A stretch of DNA of 64,000 nt, from assembly GCA_965218785.1 (NCBI GenBank), contig OZ244650.1:480001-544000 (forward strand). The letters are read 5' to 3'. This document shows positions 59,801 to 64,000 of the stretch, one piece after another. The notes under the pieces are model-generated. The model was not told where the DNA came from, ran no database searches, and saw only the letters and a list, made by a program, of their open reading frames with translations. Within the stretch, counting starts at the first letter, position 1. Each line of letters begins with the position of its first letter. The stretch comes from Nitrosopumilus sp. (GTDB lineage Archaea; Thermoproteota; Nitrososphaeria; Nitrososphaerales; Nitrosopumilaceae). A program made the translations under genes and the position numbers.

Positions 59801-60921
59801 TGACATATCATTTTTCAACTGAATTAGAAAAAGACAATATAGAAAGAATCGCGAATAAATTTAATTTTGCAAATCCATTATACGTTGAAAAATTCATCAT
59901 GGATTTTGAAATGAATTATCACATTTCTCAAAATATTGATTGTTTGTTACGGGGTGGTATGTGCATGCCGTTTCATTCAGAGTTGAAAGTGAGACGATTA
60001 AGTATAGATATTGATTTGTTAACTGGTTTGGGTGTAGATGAAATACACGAGGCGATGGAAGAACTAGATAATAAATTACCAGATGTAAAAATTATAAAAC
60101 ATGAACCGAGAAATCCATACCCAATTCCCAATCTAGCCTCGTATTATGTTGAGTATGATTCCTGTTTTGGTAAACCTGAAACAGTGAAAATTGATTATTT
60201 GTGTGGTTTTTCATCAAATCTCCCAACACAAACTATTTCCAATGAACAAGAAATTATTGAATTCAAAATTGACTATCCTGCAAAAATTTTAACACGTGGT
60301 GCAATAATTGGGGATAAAATCACTACTCTTGCACTTGAAAAAATTGGTTTACAAAAATCAAAATTCCATGATATACCTAAGCAAATCTATGATATTGCAA
60401 CCTTGTTGAAAGGTGCTACAGAAAATGACATTAGTGAATCTTTGGATGCATTCATAACTCTTACTGGATTCAAAGTTAAAATATTTGGAAATGGGCTTTA
60501 TACGATTGGTGAAATAATTGACAGAATTAATTCTTCAATTCAAGGCTTATTTTCATTTAAATCCACTTTGACTACTACGGATGATTACGAGGGGTTTTTT
60601 GGTTCTTTTACAGGAACCTATCTTAATAGTACACAACGGTATAAAAAAACTCAACACATTTCCGATATTTTATTGGTATGGTTTTATGGAATTATTTTAA
60701 AAAAATTCTTTGAACATTCTATTTCAAAACAAGAAGCGGCTGCAAAAATATTTTCTATGGTTAGATCATATGATGTCATTCTTAATTCAAGTGTTGAAGA
60801 AAAAAAATCTACTAGCGAAGATCTTCTTAATACTATGCCAGAACTTTCATTTAAAAAAAATATTCTTAATGGAGTTCCTGCAGAACAGGTATTTGTTATA
60901 AACGAAATTTTTTCAGATTAA
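59800..60921 (+). CDS. AbiEii/AbiGii-family nucleotidyltransferase toxin
   Basis: VEK....., LLRGG.C, RRLSIDIDL, VKIDY, GDKITTL, KQIYDI; start overlaps upstream stop (TAATG). Confidence 0.85.
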   Translation: MTYHFSTELEKDNIERIANKFNFANPLYVEKFIMDFEMNYHISQNIDCLLRGGMCMPFHSELKVRRLSIDIDLLTGLGVDEIHEAMEELDNKLPDVKIIKHEPRNPYPIPNLASYYVEYDSCFGKPETVKIDYLCGFSSNLPTQTISNEQEIIEFKIDYPAKILTRGAIIGDKITTLALEKIGLQKSKFHDIPKQIYDIATLLKGATENDISESLDAFITLTGFKVKIFGNGLYTIGEIIDRINSSIQGLFSFKSTLTTTDDYEGFFGSFTGTYLNSTQRYKKTQHISDILLVWFYGIILKKFFEHSISKQEAAAKIFSMVRSYDVILNSSVEEKKSTSEDLLNTMPELSFKKNILNGVPAEQVFVINEIFSD

Positions 60922-61196
60922 ACATACCACACAATTTTGATATTTTTTGTATTGGATCTCTTGCGTAATTGAATCAATTTTATCAAATTACACGCATTTC
61001 TTCACAGCAAGATCTCAAAGCTGGGAATAACATACAATCCCATGTACATTGGGTGTTCATGAGTGTCAGTTGTGGGATTATTATCACGATCCTAGAGGAG
61101 GAAGAAAAAAGAGAGTATACTAGCATCCAAACCAGTCAGAAGACCCAGTACCGTTTTGCGTATAGATAAATACCGATATACCGTGACTCCTTTGAG

Positions 61197-61883
61197 ATGG
61201 TCGATGTTACATTGGTAAGATACTCCTTTGAGGGTGAAAAGTTTGAACTCTTGGTAAAGCCTGATCCTGCACTAGATTACAAGCTGGGAAAAAAGAAGGA
61301 AATTTCTGCAGTTTTGGTTTCAGAAGACATCTACACTGATTCAGGAAAGGGCACAAAGCCATCTGCTGAAAAACTGCTCAAGGTCTTTAAAACCGAAGAC
61401 CTGACTGAGATTGCTCAGATAATTATGCAGAAAGGTGATCTGAATCTTACGACTGATCAAAGACGGAAAATGGTTGATGACAAGAAAAAACAGATTGTAG
61501 AGTTCATTGCAAAGACCTACGTAGATCCCAAGACCCATCTACCTCATCCTCCACTGCGAATAGAGAATGCCATGAAGGATGCCAGAATCTCAGTCGAACC
61601 ACAAAAGGGTGTAGAGGAACAGGTAAAAGACATCGTTGAAAAACTGCGTTCTATAATCGCATTAAAATCCGAGAACCTCACATTGGAGATTATAATTCCT
61701 GCACAATTTGCCTCCCAGTCCTACTCTGTTCTCAAATCCGTAGGATCCCTCAAAAACGAAGAGTGGCAAAACAACGGTTCCCTAAAAGCAATACTTGAAA
61801 TACCTGCTGCGGCAAGACCAAACGTGATAGACAGATTGGGTTCTATAACCAAGGGTTCTGCTTTAGTTGAGGTAATGAAATGA
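61197..61883 (+). CDS. Ribosome maturation protein SBDS/SDO1
   Basis: FELLVKP, DIYTD...G, DPKT.LPHPP.RIE; upstream of the exosome genes. Confidence 0.95.
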   Translation: MVDVTLVRYSFEGEKFELLVKPDPALDYKLGKKKEISAVLVSEDIYTDSGKGTKPSAEKLLKVFKTEDLTEIAQIIMQKGDLNLTTDQRRKMVDDKKKQIVEFIAKTYVDPKTHLPHPPLRIENAMKDARISVEPQKGVEEQVKDIVEKLRSIIALKSENLTLEIIIPAQFASQSYSVLKSVGSLKNEEWQNNGSLKAILEIPAAARPNVIDRLGSITKGSALVEVMK

Positions 61884-62563
61884 TGGAAAACAAGCGAAAA
61901 TATGTTATTCCAGGTGATCTAGTAACCACGGGACCATTCAGACCCGAACAAAACGTCATACTTGATGGAAACAAGATAATCTCCACCACCGTCGGAATTT
62001 CTGAAATTTATGATGACTCTGTCCGCGTTATACCACTAACTGGAAAATATATTCCAAAAATCAACGACCTTGTAATCGGCAAAGTCCTCTCTCACACCTC
62101 CCTGTCATGGGAGCTTGATATCAATTCATGTTATGTTGGATTCCTGCCTGCACAAGATGTCTTTGGACGGGACTTTTCTGCCCATGCCGATGAACTTACC
62201 TCGAAACTCAAATCAGGAGATCTGGTTGCTACCAGAATTGCTAATTTTGACCGGACAAGGGATCCACTCGTAACAATATCTGATCGAGATCTAGGTAAAA
62301 TTGACTCTGGGATGCTTGTAACAATCTCTCCAAACAAGGTTCCACGCCTGATTGGAAAAAGAGGCAGCATGATTCAGACAATTGAGATGGCCACTAATGC
62401 CACAATTACAATTGGACAGAACGGCTGGATAGTGGTTTCATGCGAGTCTTCCGAGGGATTATTAAAGGCTAAAAAAGCAATACAATTGGTCGATGAGAAA
62501 GCACACGTTGCAAATTTGACTGATCAAGTGAAAGAAATGTTAGAATCAAAAGGTGAATCATAA
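61880..62563 (+). CDS. rrp4: Exosome RNA-binding protein Rrp4
   Basis: V.PL.GKYIP..NDLVIG S1 domain; KVPRLIGKRGSMI KH domain, GQNG. Confidence 0.96.
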   Translation: MMENKRKYVIPGDLVTTGPFRPEQNVILDGNKIISTTVGISEIYDDSVRVIPLTGKYIPKINDLVIGKVLSHTSLSWELDINSCYVGFLPAQDVFGRDFSAHADELTSKLKSGDLVATRIANFDRTRDPLVTISDRDLGKIDSGMLVTISPNKVPRLIGKRGSMIQTIEMATNATITIGQNGWIVVSCESSEGLLKAKKAIQLVDEKAHVANLTDQVKEMLESKGES

Positions 62564-63297
62564 TGGGTGGAAGAGATGCTACAATGGTTCTTTTGGACGA
62601 AAATGGAATTCGATGTGACGGAAGAAAAGTCGATGAACCAAGACGAATCATGATTAAAGCAGGCGGACTAAAAAATGCAGACGGTTCTGCCTATATAGAA
62701 TTTGGAAATAATAAAATACTTGTTGGCATATTTGGTCCAAGGGATGTCCATCCAAAACACATGTCAAATACCGACACGGGGATTTTGAGGGTCAGATATC
62801 ACATGGAGCCCTTTTCAGTTAGCGAAAGAAAAAATCCCGCCCCTTCAAGAAGGGAGATTGAAATTTCCAAGGTAATCAAGGAGGCATTAGAGCCTGCCGT
62901 CATGTTGGAAAAATTCCCAAGAACCGCAGTCGATGTATTTATCGAAGTCCTGCAGGCAGATGGCGGTACCAGATGTGCGGCATTATCTGCGGCATCTGTG
63001 GCACTAGCTGATGCCGGAATTCCGATGAGGGACATGGTTGCATCCTGTGCCGCAGGCAAGGTAGCAGACACCATAGTGCTTGATGTCAACAATGAGGAAG
63101 ACCAGGCAGGTCAGGCAGACATGCCGATAGGTTACATGCCAAGTCTTGAAAAGATCACTTTATTACAACTAGACGGCATTCTTAGTCCTGAAGAATACAA
63201 AAAATGCGTCCAGGTTGGAATTGACGGATGCAAAATTGTCTATGACCTGCAAAAAAAGGCGCTCAACGACAAATACTTTGGAAAGGGGGATTCGTAG
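62563..63297 (+). CDS. rrp41: Exosome exonuclease Rrp41
   Basis: DGR, ADGSAY, SRREIEISK, QADGGTR. Confidence 0.97.
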   Translation: MGGRDATMVLLDENGIRCDGRKVDEPRRIMIKAGGLKNADGSAYIEFGNNKILVGIFGPRDVHPKHMSNTDTGILRVRYHMEPFSVSERKNPAPSRREIEISKVIKEALEPAVMLEKFPRTAVDVFIEVLQADGGTRCAALSAASVALADAGIPMRDMVASCAAGKVADTIVLDVNNEEDQAGQADMPIGYMPSLEKITLLQLDGILSPEEYKKCVQVGIDGCKIVYDLQKKALNDKYFGKGDS

Positions 63298-63299
63298 AA

Positions 63300-64000
63300 A
63301 TGGCTTCACGTTCTGTTATTGATGATTTAAAAAAGACACAGATTCTAGAACTGCTTGAACAGGGAAAAAGAATAGACGGACGCGCATTAGATGAGACAAG
63401 AAAAATTATAATTGAGACTGATGCAATTCCAAAGGCAAATGGCTCGGCAAGGGTCCGTCTTGGTGAGACTGAGGTTGTGTGCGGTGTAAAGATACAACCA
63501 GACAGGCCTTTTCCGGACATGGGTGACAAGGGCATCTTCATCTGCACTGCAGAATTACTGCCCCTCTCACATCCTACTGTTGAAACCGGTCCGCCAGGAC
63601 CTGCCGTTATCGAGCTAGCAAGGGTAGTAGACAGGGGAATTAGGGAGAGTCACATGGTTGACGTATCACAGCTAGTCATTGAAAAGAACAAGTCAGTAGT
63701 CGGCATATTTGCCGATAATGTGGTAGTTGATTACGATGGAAACCTCTTTGATGCCTGCTCTTATGCCTCTACTGCCGCGTTACTTTCGGCCAAAACCCCC
63801 AAATGGAACTGGGTTGATGACGCCCCGGCACTCGCCGATGATAAAGTATCCTCCGTACCAGTAACAACAATTCCGGTGTCAGTGACCATGGGAAAGATTG
63901 GAAGCCACATCATAGTTGATCCAAACGGCGATGAGTGGGCCAGCATGGATGCCCGGGTTACAATTACCACCAATTCTGATGGGAACATCTGTGCATTACA
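63300..64000 (+). CDS. rrp42: Exosome subunit Rrp42 (3'-truncated by window)
   Basis: Hand translation: RIDGR, ANGSARVRLG.T, ELARVVDRGIRES, DYDGNLFDA. Confidence 0.95.
   Translation, partial: MASRSVIDDLKKTQILELLEQGKRIDGRALDETRKIIIETDAIPKANGSARVRLGETEVVCGVKIQPDRPFPDMGDKGIFICTAELLPLSHPTVETGPPGPAVIELARVVDRGIRESHMVDVSQLVIEKNKSVVGIFADNVVVDYDGNLFDACSYASTAALLSAKTPKWNWVDDAPALADDKVSSVPVTTIPVSVTMGKIGSHIIVDPNGDEWASMDARVTITTNSDGNICAL

Noticed and set aside
60969-61169. 66-aa ORF as a fourth gene of the defence island or a right att site
   Set aside because: No motif recognised and no direct repeat matching the left border found by eye.

Overview
Archaeal chromosome segment whose gene set and order point to a Nitrosopumilaceae (Thaumarchaeota/Nitrososphaeria) ammonia oxidiser: an unsplit RNAP A'/A'' gene, fragmented r-protein operons, cofE and an S-layer-type protein. 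Most of the window is housekeeping: rpoA-Lsm-L30e-NusA-S12-S7, leuS/alaS, L12/L10/L1/L11/Spt5/SecE, pckA, SOD, prefoldin-FtsY-argF, L18-S5-L30-L15-secY-adk-cmk-cbf5, korAB, two LeuCD-type pairs, rpoD-L18e-L13-S9, the exosome operon and two intron-containing tRNAs. Two AT-rich accessory patches stand out. (1) About 56.2-61.2 kb, between rpoD and SBDS: an IS66 remnant, a wHTH + PD-(D/E)xK nuclease gene and, divergent from it, a translationally coupled pair. The pair is a MORC/GHKL ATPase carrying a C-terminal AbiEi-like antitoxin domain, plus an AbiEii-family nucleotidyltransferase toxin. A 44-bp imperfect inverted repeat spans the shared promoter region. This is the best candidate for an undescribed defence system. 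(2) About 11.1-12.5 kb: a divergent HicB/HicA-like pair next to a decayed IS6-like transposase. Also noted are a perfect 23x12-bp repeat inside ftsY and two microproteins missed by the ORF track. All family calls come from reading motifs by eye; no database searches were run.
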